A stretch of 64,000 bases of DNA from an uncultured bacterium (GCA_949432885.1 CASQXY010000001.1:46793-110792); one strand, 5' to 3'. Counted from the stretch's first letter, positions 9,482 through 18,610 are shown. The notes: generated by a model not told the origin, from the sequence alone. Numbers and translations: made by a program.

Positions 9482-10005
9482 AAATTTGCTCCTCCATTTT
9501 GTCTGATGAATTTATTGATATCCTCTCTTATCAAGCGAAGCACTCCGCGTGACTGCAACTCTGCCGTCGGCGAAGCGGATTTTAGCTTCTTTGTATCCAT
9601 TATTTTCGTTCTGCCGAATATCTCGACCGTCAGCTGAACGTCGTATCCGTCGTCCGCGAGAGTGACCGCAGTCGCTCCCAAATCGCCCAGAACCACGCCT
9701 TCTACCCTGCCGTATTCGGCTGTTACCGTTGTGCCCTTCCCTTTTTGCGAAGAGATTTCCAATCTGCCGTCCGCAAGCCCCGTCTCCTCTTTGAGCAGAG
9801 CAAGTCCGAGACCGGCACCGTTCTTTGTCGACATACCGCTGTCGGTCGCAGCCGAAAGCGTCTTTTCGTCCATACCCTCACCGTCGTCCTCGACCGTGAA
9901 GATAATTTTGCTCTCAGTCGCCTCGACTTTGATTTTAAGCGTCCGCGCACCCGCGTCAATCGAGTTCTGCGCCACATCGCACAAAGCCAGCGAAACCTCT
10001 CTCAT
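9478..10005 (-). CDS. Stand-alone GHKL (histidine-kinase-like) ATPase inside the hydrogenase operon
   Basis: QNSIDAGA (N box), EDDGEGM (G1), GLGLAL (G2), GTTV. Confidence 0.85.
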   Translation of the reverse strand: MREVSLALCDVAQNSIDAGARTLKIKVEATESKIIFTVEDDGEGMDEKTLSAATDSGMSTKNGAGLGLALLKEETGLADGRLEISSQKGKGTTVTAEYGRVEGVVLGDLGATAVTLADDGYDVQLTVEIFGRTKIMDTKKLKSASPTAELQSRGVLRLIREDINKFIRQNGGANL

Positions 10006-10011
10006 AGGTCG

Positions 10012-10518
10012 TCACATCGCCTGATATTTCGCAACAATATCGGGAATATCCTTGACGGTCAGCTTTCCGTAAACTTCGTTGTTCACCGTCATAACGGGAG
10101 CAAGACCGCAACAGCCTACGCATCTGGTGGACGCAATGGAATACCTGCCGTCCGAGGATGTCTCTCCGTCTTTGAGGTTGAGACACTCCTCCAGCTTAGC
10201 GACGACGTCGCCAGAGCCCTTGACGTAGCATGCCGTACCGAGACAGACGCCGAAAGCGTACGAGCCCTGCGGATTCAGTGTGAACTGCGAGTAAAAAGTC
10301 GCCACGCCGAACACCTCTTCGAGAGACACACCCATCTCTTCTGCGATAATCGTCTGCACCTCAATGGGCAGATAGCCGTAAATCGCCTGCGCTCTTTGCA
10401 ATGCAGTCATAACGCTGGGATGCTCGGACGAATTGATTTCTTCCAAAACCTGTCTCAACTGCGCTTCTTGTTCCGCCGTGCCTTTGAAAGCAACGGTCGT
10501 GAGTTTGATTTTTGACAT
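10012..10518 (-). CDS. hydC: NuoE-like [2Fe-2S] subunit (HydC/HndA)
   Basis: VATFYSQF, CLGTACYVKG and RCVGCCGLAP motifs. Confidence 0.95.
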   Translation of the reverse strand: MSKIKLTTVAFKGTAEQEAQLRQVLEEINSSEHPSVMTALQRAQAIYGYLPIEVQTIIAEEMGVSLEEVFGVATFYSQFTLNPQGSYAFGVCLGTACYVKGSGDVVAKLEECLNLKDGETSSDGRYSIASTRCVGCCGLAPVMTVNNEVYGKLTVKDIPDIVAKYQAM

Positions 10519-10553
10519 AAGTTCCTCCGTGTAATATAAACGCTTGTACAGTC

Positions 10554-10582
10554 ATTCTAACACATTCGGGAAATACTTGCAA
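10554..10582 (-). promoter_or_regulatory. SigA promoter of the hydrogenase operon
   Basis: TTGCAA-17 nt-TAGAAT with extended TG. Confidence 0.7.
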
Positions 10583-10688
10583 TAGTATAAATATAAAATA
10601 TATAGAACTGTGTTAGGAGATTTAATCCAAAAATTATGCTTCGGCATATACGTTTTAAGCGGCAAATATGTGTGCGGAGACTTATATG

Positions 10689-10717
10689 AAAACCGCCGCA
10701 AATTTTGCGGCGGTTTT
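10689..10717 (-). terminator. Intrinsic terminator after nadE
   Basis: AAAACCGCCGCAA-att-TTGCGGCGGTTTT inverted repeat. Confidence 0.8.
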
Positions 10718-10779
10718 ATATTTGCGGATAAAACCGATATTCTAAACGACTAAAATTGCAATAAATCAAATTCGAGAAT

Positions 10780-11532
10780 TCATTTATCTTCTGTGAAAAC
10801 GAGCGGCATTCTTCTTTTGTGCGCGGTCGAAGACCGAGCTTTTTCGATTTTTCCTGCGATTTCTCGGGAAACGCTTCCGCCGCGGAGATAAGCGTCCACG
10901 TCCGCATATTTCAGACCCAGTTCGTCCTCGTCCGTCTGCCCTTGATAAAGTCCTGCCGAGGGAGCCTTGCTCACTATGTTTTCGGGCGCTCCGAGATAGC
11001 GCAGGTGTTCGTACACCTCCCCCACCGTAAGGTCGGATATTGGGTTGAAATCGCACGCGCCGTCTCCCCATTTAGTGAAATAGCCGAGCGTGGTTTCGTC
11101 CAGATTTCCCGTCCCCGCGACGAGATAACCTCTCGCCTGTCCGAGCGCATACAGCGTAATCATTCTGAGTCTTGGATTTATGTTCACTCCCGCCATTTTT
11201 ACGTTATGTTCGCCCGCGGCGTCCTCGGACAGTCTTTCTCCGAGGGCTTTTATCAAAGCCTCCTTCGTATCGCTCAAGTCTATTTGGATTTGCCTTATAC
11301 CGAACCGCTCGCCCGCAGCAATCGCGTCGTCGCGGTCGCTTCCGTAATTCAGACTCGACTGACAGGGCATAATAACTCCGAGCACGTTATCCGTGGCGCG
11401 TTTGCACAGCGCTCCTACAAGGGTGCAGTCCTTTCCTCCGCTGTTGCCGTAAATAACTCCCTTGGCGCCCGTGCGTTCAAGCAAGTCTTTTATCCATTTC
11501 ACTCGTCTTTCCACCGATACAGCAACGTCCAT
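10780..11532 (-). CDS. nadE: NH3-dependent NAD+ synthetase (no glutaminase domain)
   Basis: SGGKDC, N..PRLRM, GYFTKWGDG, PSAGL..GQTDE and HKR motifs. Start at MDVAV behind SD GGAGG. Confidence 0.95.
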   Translation of the reverse strand: MDVAVSVERRVKWIKDLLERTGAKGVIYGNSGGKDCTLVGALCKRATDNVLGVIMPCQSSLNYGSDRDDAIAAGERFGIRQIQIDLSDTKEALIKALGERLSEDAAGEHNVKMAGVNINPRLRMITLYALGQARGYLVAGTGNLDETTLGYFTKWGDGACDFNPISDLTVGEVYEHLRYLGAPENIVSKAPSAGLYQGQTDEDELGLKYADVDAYLRGGSVSREIAGKIEKARSSTAHKRRMPLVFTEDK

Positions 11533-11736
11533 ATACGTCTCCTCCGCTACATGCGCATAAATGATATCAAAGCGGAGCGCGTCTCCGCCGCGATAATTAT
11601 ATCTCATTTTGCGCCTCTTACAACTTTTTTCAACGAAAAACCGATTTTTTTTGTATTTTTGTGGCTTGCGACCATTCAAAAACCGTTTTTTTACGCAAAT
11701 TTCATCCGAAAATTCCATTTTTTAGCAAATTCACTA

Positions 11737-11765
11737 TTGAAATCTTATTTTTAAGGATATATAAT
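11737..11765 (+). promoter_or_regulatory. SigA promoter of gldA-dhaK
   Basis: TTGAAA-17 nt-TATAAT. Confidence 0.7.
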
Positions 11766-11801
11766 TGATTTATCAAAAAACCTCTAAATAAGGAGAACAT
11801 T

Positions 11802-12953
11802 ATGAGAAAAGCATTTATTTGCCCCACCAAGTACGTCCAAGGCGAGGACGAGCTCCTCAATCTCGGATATTTTGTCAGAACATTCGGTAAAAAAGCGCTG
11901 CTTATTGCCGACTCTTTCGCTCTCAACCTTGTCAAAGACAAGCTCGAAGCGACGCAGAAAAAATTCGGCGTTGAATTTGTAGTAAGCGACCTTTTCAAAG
12001 GCGAATGCTCTCGCGGCGCCGTCAAAGCTCTGCAAGAGTTCGCAAAAGCCAACAAATGCGCTTGCACGATAGGTCTCGGCGGCGGTAAGGCAATCGACAC
12101 TTCCAAGTGCGTGGCTGCGGGCAACAGCCTCATCATCTGCCCCACAATCGCGGCAACCGACGCTCCCACGTCCCACTCCGCGGTTCTCTACACTGACGAC
12201 CATCACTTTGACGATTACGCATATTTCAGACAGAGCCCGAGCGTCGTACTTATCGACACGACGGTCATTGCAAACGCTCCCACTCGCTTCCTCGTAAGCG
12301 GTATGGGCGACGCGCTTTCAACGTACTTCGAGGCAAGAGCGAACGTAAAGTCCTGCTCCAACGTCAACGCGGGTCTTCCCTGCGGCGCAAACCGCACAAA
12401 GGGAACTATGCTCGGCTACGGCACAATGGCGGCTTTCGCGCTCGCCGAGCTGTGCTATAAGACCCTTCTTTCCGACGGCGCGAAGGCAAAAGCGGCTTGC
12501 GATATGAACTGCGTTACTCCCGCGTTCGAGAAAATCGTCGAAACCAACATCCTCCTCTCGGGTCTCGGCTTCGAGAGCGGCGGACTTGCGGCGGCGCACG
12601 CAATCCACGACGGACTCACCCTGCTCCCCGCGCACACCAAGTATTATCACGGCGAAATGGTCGCGTTCGGCACAATCTGCCAGCTCGTCCTTGAAAACAG
12701 CCCCGAAGAAGAGCTTTACGAAGTGCTCAACTTCTGCGACGAAGTCGGTCTGCCCGTATGCCTCAAAGATTTGGGTACAGACGAAGTCAGCGACGAGCTC
12801 CTCACTCAGATTGCGGAAAAGACCTGCATTCCCGACGAGTCCATTCACAACATGCCCTTCCCCGTCACGGTAGATATGGTCAAAGCGGCCATCAAGACGG
12901 CGGACAAACTCGGTCACGATTTCAAGTACGGTTGCGACTGCGAGTGTTGCTGA
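11802..12953 (+). CDS. gldA: Glycerol dehydrogenase
   Basis: P.KYVQG, GGGKAIDT, PTIAATDAP, GFESGGLAAAHAIH and HGE motifs. Confidence 0.95.
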   Translation: MRKAFICPTKYVQGEDELLNLGYFVRTFGKKALLIADSFALNLVKDKLEATQKKFGVEFVVSDLFKGECSRGAVKALQEFAKANKCACTIGLGGGKAIDTSKCVAAGNSLIICPTIAATDAPTSHSAVLYTDDHHFDDYAYFRQSPSVVLIDTTVIANAPTRFLVSGMGDALSTYFEARANVKSCSNVNAGLPCGANRTKGTMLGYGTMAAFALAELCYKTLLSDGAKAKAACDMNCVTPAFEKIVETNILLSGLGFESGGLAAAHAIHDGLTLLPAHTKYYHGEMVAFGTICQLVLENSPEEELYEVLNFCDEVGLPVCLKDLGTDEVSDELLTQIAEKTCIPDESIHNMPFPVTVDMVKAAIKTADKLGHDFKYGCDCECC

Positions 12954-13072
12954 TTGAATTTCGGATACTTTTCCGCTTCGGCGGAGGAGTATCTTACTGA
13001 TATAAAAAAACTCAAAATCGGAAAATTGGCAGGAGCGCTCACGCGCTCATTGCTTTGATAAGGAGACAGATT

Positions 13073-14899
13073 ATGAAAAAAATTATGAATACCCCCGAAA
13101 CCTTTGTGTACGATATGTGCCACGGGCTTGCGGCGGCTCATCCAGAACTTGAATTCGTAGAGAAATTTAAAATAGTCAAGAAAAAAGAAATCGACGACAA
13201 CAAAGTAAGCCTTATCTCGGGCGGCGGCAGCGGACACGAACCCGCTCACGCGGGCTTCGTCGGCAAAGGAATGCTTGACGCGGCTGTCTGCGGCGACGTT
13301 TTCGCTTCACCCTCTCAGGTTCAGGTCTACAATGCCATAAAGAAATGTGCGACGGATAAGGGCGTACTGCTCATCATCAAAAACTACTCCGGCGACTGCA
13401 TGAACTTCAACAACGCCATGTCCGACGCTCAGGAAGACGGCATAAAGGTCGACGCGGTTTACGTCAACGACGACATTGCAGTCAAAGACTCCCTCTACAC
13501 CGTAGGTCGCAGAGGCGTGGCGGGCACGGTGCTCGTACACAAATGCGCGGGAGCGGCCGCTCAGCAAGGCAAGGAGCTCGAAGAAGTAAAGCGCGTTGCG
13601 AACAAAGTCATAGACAACGTCCGTTCCTTCGGCTTCGCGTTCACGTCCTGTACGGTTCCCGCGGCAGGTCATCCCACCTTTGAAATCGGCGACGACGAAA
13701 TGGAATTCGGCGTAGGCATACACGGCGAGCCCGGTCGTTATCGTGAAAAAATCGACTACTCCAAGGGCAGCTTCTCCGACGACCTCTCACGCAGAATCGT
13801 CACCGACCTCGAAGAGGACCTCGCTCTCAAAAAAGGCGAAGAAGTGGTGCTTCTCATAAACGGCTTCGGCGGCACTCCCATGCAGGAGCTTTACATTCTC
13901 AACAATTCCGTCACAAAAGCGCTCGGCGCGGACAGCGTAAAGATTCACCGCACAATCGTAGGCAACTTTATGACCTCCATTGATATGGCGGGAGCTTCTA
14001 TCACGGTTCTGCGCGTTGACGAGGAATTGAAGGCTCTTGTCGACTACCCCGTCTCGACCCCCGCTCTCACTTGGGGCGCGGCTATGAGCGAACAGGCGGA
14101 AGCGGCTCTCGAAGCTGTGAAGGCTATCGGCAAGGCGCTCAACATCACTCCTCAGGAAACGGTCGCAAAGAAAGCCAAAAAAGCGGCGGCGGCAGAGGAA
14201 GAAGACGCAAACGCGGTTTATGAGGTGGAAGGCTCTCCCGTAGTGAGCGAGACTATCAACACTGCGGCATTCGTGAAAATTGTAGACAAGATGGCTGACG
14301 TAATCATCGAAAACGAAGTTCCCTTCTGCGAAGCGGACAAGATGGGCGACGGCGACTTCGGTATGTCTATCGCAAAGGGCTTCAAACAGCTCAAAGCTGA
14401 CTGGGCGACGCGCAAGAAAGGCGATATCGGTCAGTTCCTCGTAAGCTGTTCCGAAATCATCAAGGAATACTGCGGCGGCGCGTCCGGTCCTATTTGGGGC
14501 TCGGCGTTCAAGTATGCAGGCAAGTCCATGCTCGGTAAGAAAGAAGTCAATCTCACGGATATCGCTCTCCTCTTCACGGAAGCCAACCGCGGCGTTTACG
14601 AAACAGGCAAAAAGTCTTTCGGTAAGGGCGCGGATATCGGCGACAAGACTTTGGTAGACGCGTTGAAGCCCTGCGCGATTGCGCTTACGGAAGCCGCCAA
14701 GGCAGGCAAGAAGCTCAGAGACGGCCTCGATATCGGCGCACAGGCGGCGCACGAGGGCGCGGAGGCAACCAAGACCCACGTCGCAACTCTCGGCAGAGCG
14801 GGCACGGTCGGTGAACGCAGTATCGGATATCCCGACGCGGGCGCGCACGGTCTCGACGTAATCTTCAATGAGCTTGCGGCTTACGTGAAGACACTGTAA
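13073..14899 (+). CDS. dhaK: Dihydroxyacetone kinase, fused DhaK-DhaL
   Basis: SGGGSGHEP and GIHGEPG (K domain); GDGDFG, GDKTLVDA, GRA and DAGA (L domain). SD AAGGAG. Confidence 0.94.
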   Translation: MKKIMNTPETFVYDMCHGLAAAHPELEFVEKFKIVKKKEIDDNKVSLISGGGSGHEPAHAGFVGKGMLDAAVCGDVFASPSQVQVYNAIKKCATDKGVLLIIKNYSGDCMNFNNAMSDAQEDGIKVDAVYVNDDIAVKDSLYTVGRRGVAGTVLVHKCAGAAAQQGKELEEVKRVANKVIDNVRSFGFAFTSCTVPAAGHPTFEIGDDEMEFGVGIHGEPGRYREKIDYSKGSFSDDLSRRIVTDLEEDLALKKGEEVVLLINGFGGTPMQELYILNNSVTKALGADSVKIHRTIVGNFMTSIDMAGASITVLRVDEELKALVDYPVSTPALTWGAAMSEQAEAALEAVKAIGKALNITPQETVAKKAKKAAAAEEEDANAVYEVEGSPVVSETINTAAFVKIVDKMADVIIENEVPFCEADKMGDGDFGMSIAKGFKQLKADWATRKKGDIGQFLVSCSEIIKEYCGGASGPIWGSAFKYAGKSMLGKKEVNLTDIALLFTEANRGVYETGKKSFGKGADIGDKTLVDALKPCAIALTEAAKAGKKLRDGLDIGAQAAHEGAEATKTHVATLGRAGTVGERSIGYPDAGAHGLDVIFNELAAYVKTL

Positions 14900-14926
14900 G
14901 ATTTTACGTGAAGACACTGTAAGATT
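14881..14926 (+). repeat. Perfect 23-bp tandem duplication spanning the dhaK stop codon
   Basis: TTACGTGAAGACACTGTAAGATT occurs twice head to tail. Confidence 0.95.
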
Positions 14927-14935
14927 TATCGGCTT

Positions 14936-14972
14936 AAAAATAGAACCCGTCAAAAAGACGGGTTTTATTTTT
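14936..14972 (+). terminator. Intrinsic terminator after dhaK
   Basis: AACCCGTC-aaaaa-GACGGGTT followed by a T-rich tail. Confidence 0.85.
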
Positions 14973-15289
14973 GTATTTTTTCTAATTTTGCTGAGTTGTA
15001 TTATGTTAACTTCTATTGAATCGAACCTGCTTATTTGAAATATTCGTTATTTGCGCTTTCGGATTGCGTGCAACGCCCAGTTTATGCGGTCTGCGCCGCG
15101 ACGTACTCCTCTCGTTTAAGCTCGGGTTGTCGTTTTCATTCTACTCGTATGCTTTATGCCGGAAGTTATTTTATTCATTGGAGCGGCTGTCGCGCTCTTC
15201 CATTCTATACTGTTCGGAATCTTTGCGTATAAAAAATCCCAATGATTTTATGGAAAAATTTATGGATGAAAATAAATATATGGATAATC

Positions 15290-15321
15290 AAGTAAAGCCC
15301 GCGGCAATGCGGGCTTTACTT
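15290..15321 (-). terminator. Intrinsic terminator after metA
   Basis: AAGTAAAGCCCGC-ggcaat-GCGGGCTTTACTT. Confidence 0.8.
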
Positions 15322-15357
15322 AACGAATTTCTAGTGTGTTTCAAATTTATACCTCTC

Positions 15358-16260
15358 TCAGAGCTGATAAGGCGTGACCTGATATACGTAATAATTAAGC
15401 CAATTGTTGAACAGCAGATTTGCCGTCGACTTCCATTTCATATCCACCTTGGACATTGACGAATCGCTGAAATAGTTGACGGGAGGCTCTATCGTAAGCC
15501 CTTTTGCCAGGTCGCGCAGATATTCGTTCTGCAACGTAAATCTGTCGTACTCGCTGTGTCCCGTAAAGAAGAAGCTGCGATTGTCATTGGTTTTTGCGAT
15601 AAGGACTCCCGCTTCGTCGGATTCGGCGAGGACCGCTATATCGGGATGCTTGCGTACTGCCGCCTCGTCAACCGCAGTATGGCGCGAATTAGGGATATAA
15701 AATACGTCGTCCAAACCTTTGAGCAGAACGTCGTTCTTCGCCGTCGCATATGCGGGGAAAATGCCGAACAGCTTTTTATCGAGAACGCGTTTGCCTATGC
15801 CGAATTTGTGATACAGCGCCGCCTGCGCGCTCCAGCAGATATACACCGTGCTTGTCACGTTTTTCTGCGCGAAATCCATAATCGATTTCAGTTCCTGCCA
15901 GTATTTAACGTCTTCAAATCGTATAGTCTCAACAGGCGCACCCGTCACAATCATTCCGTCGAATTTCATATCGCGCACTTCGGCGAGATTCTTGTAGAAC
16001 CTGTCCATATGCTCGTGCGGGGTATGAGTCGAAGCGTACGTATCCGTCTTGATAAACGTCACGTTCACCTGCAAGGAGGAGTTTCCCAGCAGTCGCAAAA
16101 GCTGTGTTTCGGTCGTCTCCTTTGTAGGCATGAGATTGAGAATGGCAATTTCAATCGGGCGTATATCCTGTCTATACGCCCTTTCGCTGTCCATAACAAA
16201 TATCTTCTCCTGCTTCAGACTTGCGTATGCAGGCAAGTCGCTGGGTATGATAATCGGCAT
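15358..16260 (-). CDS. metA: Homoserine O-acyltransferase (MetA family, probably acetyltransferase)
   Basis: QDIRP, ILNLMP, TGAPVE (Glu at the acetyl-specificity position), ICWSAQ and GHSEY motifs. Confidence 0.95.
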   Translation of the reverse strand: MPIIIPSDLPAYASLKQEKIFVMDSERAYRQDIRPIEIAILNLMPTKETTETQLLRLLGNSSLQVNVTFIKTDTYASTHTPHEHMDRFYKNLAEVRDMKFDGMIVTGAPVETIRFEDVKYWQELKSIMDFAQKNVTSTVYICWSAQAALYHKFGIGKRVLDKKLFGIFPAYATAKNDVLLKGLDDVFYIPNSRHTAVDEAAVRKHPDIAVLAESDEAGVLIAKTNDNRSFFFTGHSEYDRFTLQNEYLRDLAKGLTIEPPVNYFSDSSMSKVDMKWKSTANLLFNNWLNYYVYQVTPYQL

Positions 16261-16333
16261 AATTTTATCCTTATTACATCTCTATGCGGCATTTATCCTT
16301 AGATTTGTGCAGATAAACTCCGCAATTTGCAAT

Positions 16334-17611
16334 TTACAGTCTTTCCAGCGCCTGTTTTATGTCGTCGATAAGGTCCTGTGCGTTCTCGATTCCGCACGAC
16401 AGGCGCACAAGGTCGGGAGACACGCCCGCGGCATAAAGCTCCTCGTCGGTCATCTGACGGTGGGTTGCGCTTGCGGGATGCAGACAGCAACTGCGCGCGT
16501 CCGCTACGTGAGTCTCTATTGCGATGAGTTTCAGATTTTTCATAAACTCTTCCGCAGCCGCGCGTCCGCCCTTGACGCCGAAGCTGACGACGCCGCAGGT
16601 GCCGTTCGGGCAATACTTTTTCGCAAGCGCATAATTGGCGTCCCCTTCGAGTTCGGGATAAACGACCCAGCTTATTTTGTCGCTTTCGCTAAGGAAACGC
16701 GCCACTTTCAGACCGTTCTCCGCATGGCGCGCCATTCTGACGTGCAGACTTTCGAGCCCGAGATTGAGCAGAAATGCGTTCTGAGGACTCTGTATAGAGC
16801 CGAAATCGCGCATAAGCTGCGCCGTGCACTTTGTAATGAACGCGCCCTCTTTGCCGAATCTTTCCGCATATGTAACGCCGTGATAGCTGTCGTCGGGAGT
16901 GCAGAGCCCCGCGAACTTGTCTGCGTGCGCCATCCAATCGAATCTGCCTGCGTCAACTATCGCGCCTCCCACAGCCGCGCCGTGACCGTCCATATATTTG
17001 GTCGTAGAATGAGTGACTATATCCGCGCCCCACTCTATGGGTCTGCAATGCACGGGGGTAGCAAACGTGTTGTCTACGATAATAGGAACGCCGTTTTTGT
17101 GCGCCACGTCCGCAAACAGCTCTATATCGAACATCGTAAGCGCGGGATTTGCGATTGTCTCGGCAAATATCGCTTTGGTGTTCGGGCGTATCGCGGCTTG
17201 AATCTCCTCTCTCGTGCTTGCGGGAGATATAAACGTAAACTCGATGCCCATCTTTCTCATTGTAACGCTGAAAAGATTGAAGGTGCCGCCGTATATCGTC
17301 GAAGTGGATACTACGTGGTCGCCCGCGTTTGCGATATTGAACACGGCATAAAAATTTGCCGCCTGTCCCGATGATGTGAGCATCGCGGCGGTTCCGCCCT
17401 CCAACTGCGCTATTTTTGCCGCTACGCTGTCGTTGGTTGGATTTTGAAGTCTAGTATAAAAATATCCGCTCGCTTCCAAATCGAACAGCTTCGCCATATC
17501 GGAGCTGGTATCGTATTTAAAGGTCGTGCTTTGCACGATAGGTATTTGTCTTGGTTCGCCGTTCTTGGGAGTATATCCCCCCTGCACGCAAATGGTCTCT
17601 ATTCTTTTCAT
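16334..17611 (-). CDS. metY: O-acetylhomoserine sulfhydrylase
   Basis: YTRLQNPT, SSGQAA, DNTFATP, HSTTKYMDGHG (PLP lysine) and HPASATHRQ motifs; adjacent to metA. Confidence 0.93.
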   Translation of the reverse strand: MKRIETICVQGGYTPKNGEPRQIPIVQSTTFKYDTSSDMAKLFDLEASGYFYTRLQNPTNDSVAAKIAQLEGGTAAMLTSSGQAANFYAVFNIANAGDHVVSTSTIYGGTFNLFSVTMRKMGIEFTFISPASTREEIQAAIRPNTKAIFAETIANPALTMFDIELFADVAHKNGVPIIVDNTFATPVHCRPIEWGADIVTHSTTKYMDGHGAAVGGAIVDAGRFDWMAHADKFAGLCTPDDSYHGVTYAERFGKEGAFITKCTAQLMRDFGSIQSPQNAFLLNLGLESLHVRMARHAENGLKVARFLSESDKISWVVYPELEGDANYALAKKYCPNGTCGVVSFGVKGGRAAAEEFMKNLKLIAIETHVADARSCCLHPASATHRQMTDEELYAAGVSPDLVRLSCGIENAQDLIDDIKQALERL

Positions 17612-17756
17612 TCTTCTCTCCTATAAGAGTTAGTATTTGAGCCGCGCGTCGCCGAAACAGAGTCGGCGCGCCGCGGAATTATCCGAGTCTCAGTTTATAA
17701 CCTTTCGATGATGCAAAATCGATATTCTGTATTTACAGCGCGGCTACCGCGCGATT

Positions 17757-18209
17757 TTAGGAATTGTACTCTTTGAGCACTCTTTGCAAATTCCTGTTGT
17801 TTTCCTTTTCCTTTATTGCGGCGCGCTTATCGTGAAGCTCCTTACCCTTGCAAAGCCCAACTTCCACTTTTACAAGCGAATCTTTGAAATAGACCTTCAA
17901 AGGGATAAGAGTATATCCCTTTTGTTCCACCCTGCCGCGGAGCTTATTTATCTCGCCGCGGTTCAGAAGCAGCTTGCGCGTACGCTTGGAATCCACGTTG
18001 AAATAGCTTCCCATTTTGTAAGGAGAAACATGCATATTGAGCACATACGCTTCGCCGTTTTTTATCATGATAAAGCTGTCGCGCAGATTCAACGCGCCCT
18101 GCCTTATGGATTTCACCTCGCAACCGACAAGAACGATACCCGCCTCGTAGGTATCTTCCACAAAATAGTCGTGATATGCTTTTTTGTTTGTCGCTACAAT
18201 TTTTATCAT
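17757..18209 (-). CDS. smpB: SsrA-binding protein
   Basis: [26 protein letters not shown] and GK..HDKR motifs. Confidence 0.97.
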   Translation of the reverse strand: MIKIVATNKKAYHDYFVEDTYEAGIVLVGCEVKSIRQGALNLRDSFIMIKNGEAYVLNMHVSPYKMGSYFNVDSKRTRKLLLNRGEINKLRGRVEQKGYTLIPLKVYFKDSLVKVEVGLCKGKELHDKRAAIKEKENNRNLQRVLKEYNS

Positions 18210-18245
18210 ATATACGATTATACTCTTTCTCTTTTCATTCTACAA
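18210..18245 (-). promoter_or_regulatory. SigA-like promoter abutting the smpB start (putative leaderless)
   Basis: TTGTAG-17 nt-TATAAT-7 nt-ATG, no SD at a usable spacing. Confidence 0.6.
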
Positions 18246-18313
18246 GCGCAATGCGAGCGATTATAAAAAAAGCGACCCGATTTACGAGCCGCCTGAATTT
18301 GTCTTTTACCTTT

Positions 18314-18610
18314 TCAGTCCGTTATGCCGACAACAAAACAGATGACGGCGCACACAAGGATGAACGCAAACAGACCGAAGGTAATTTTTTTGAGGATACC
18401 TTCTTTTGTCTTCTCCTTGTTCTTGCCATAGAAGGTGTCGGACGCGCCCGAAATAACGCCGACGTTGTCGTTTGTGCCCTTTTGCATCATAATAACGACA
18501 ATAATGGCAATGCTGGCAATCGTCATTATAATGGCAAACGCCATCAACACAGCCTGTCTTGTCTCATATTTAATTGCCGATAGCAAAACCGAATTTAACG
18601 TATCAAGCAT
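18314..18610 (-). CDS. secG: Preprotein translocase subunit SecG
   Basis: Two TM helices flanking Q...G.ISG.SDTFYGKNK; upstream of smpB. Confidence 0.9.
   Translation of the reverse strand: MLDTLNSVLLSAIKYETRQAVLMAFAIIMTIASIAIIVVIMMQKGTNDNVGVISGASDTFYGKNKEKTKEGILKKITFGLFAFILVCAVICFVVGITD

Noticed and set aside
5593-10518. Calling the cluster respiratory complex I (nuoEFG)
   Set aside because: The large subunit has all three H-cluster motifs and there are no membrane nuo genes.
11719-11738. Rex-like site upstream of gldA (TAGTGAA-tttg-CTAAAAA on the minus strand)
   Set aside because: Only one half-site fits and the context is AT-rich, so chance is likely.
14984-15011. dif-like site (TTATGTTAACT resembles a XerD arm)
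   Set aside because: The left arm AATTTTGCTGA is a poor XerC match, and gene orientation does not switch here as expected at a terminus.
15016-15459. 147-aa plus-strand ORF in the dhaK-metA gap
   Set aside because: TTG start without an SD; it crosses a terminator and overlaps metA; no protein-like features.
16049-17374. 441-aa plus-strand ORF, and similar long antisense ORFs at 10819, 13787, 34853, 38197, 60312 and 61638
   Set aside because: All lie opposite well-conserved genes and read as typical reverse-frame shadows.
17612-17720. Canonical SAM-I, SAM-III or T-box call for the metY leader
   Set aside because: Core motifs are missing (no ATC.AGAG...GATGA/G frame, no CCTTG partner for AAGG, no GGTGG.ACC T-box); kept only as an unclassified leader.
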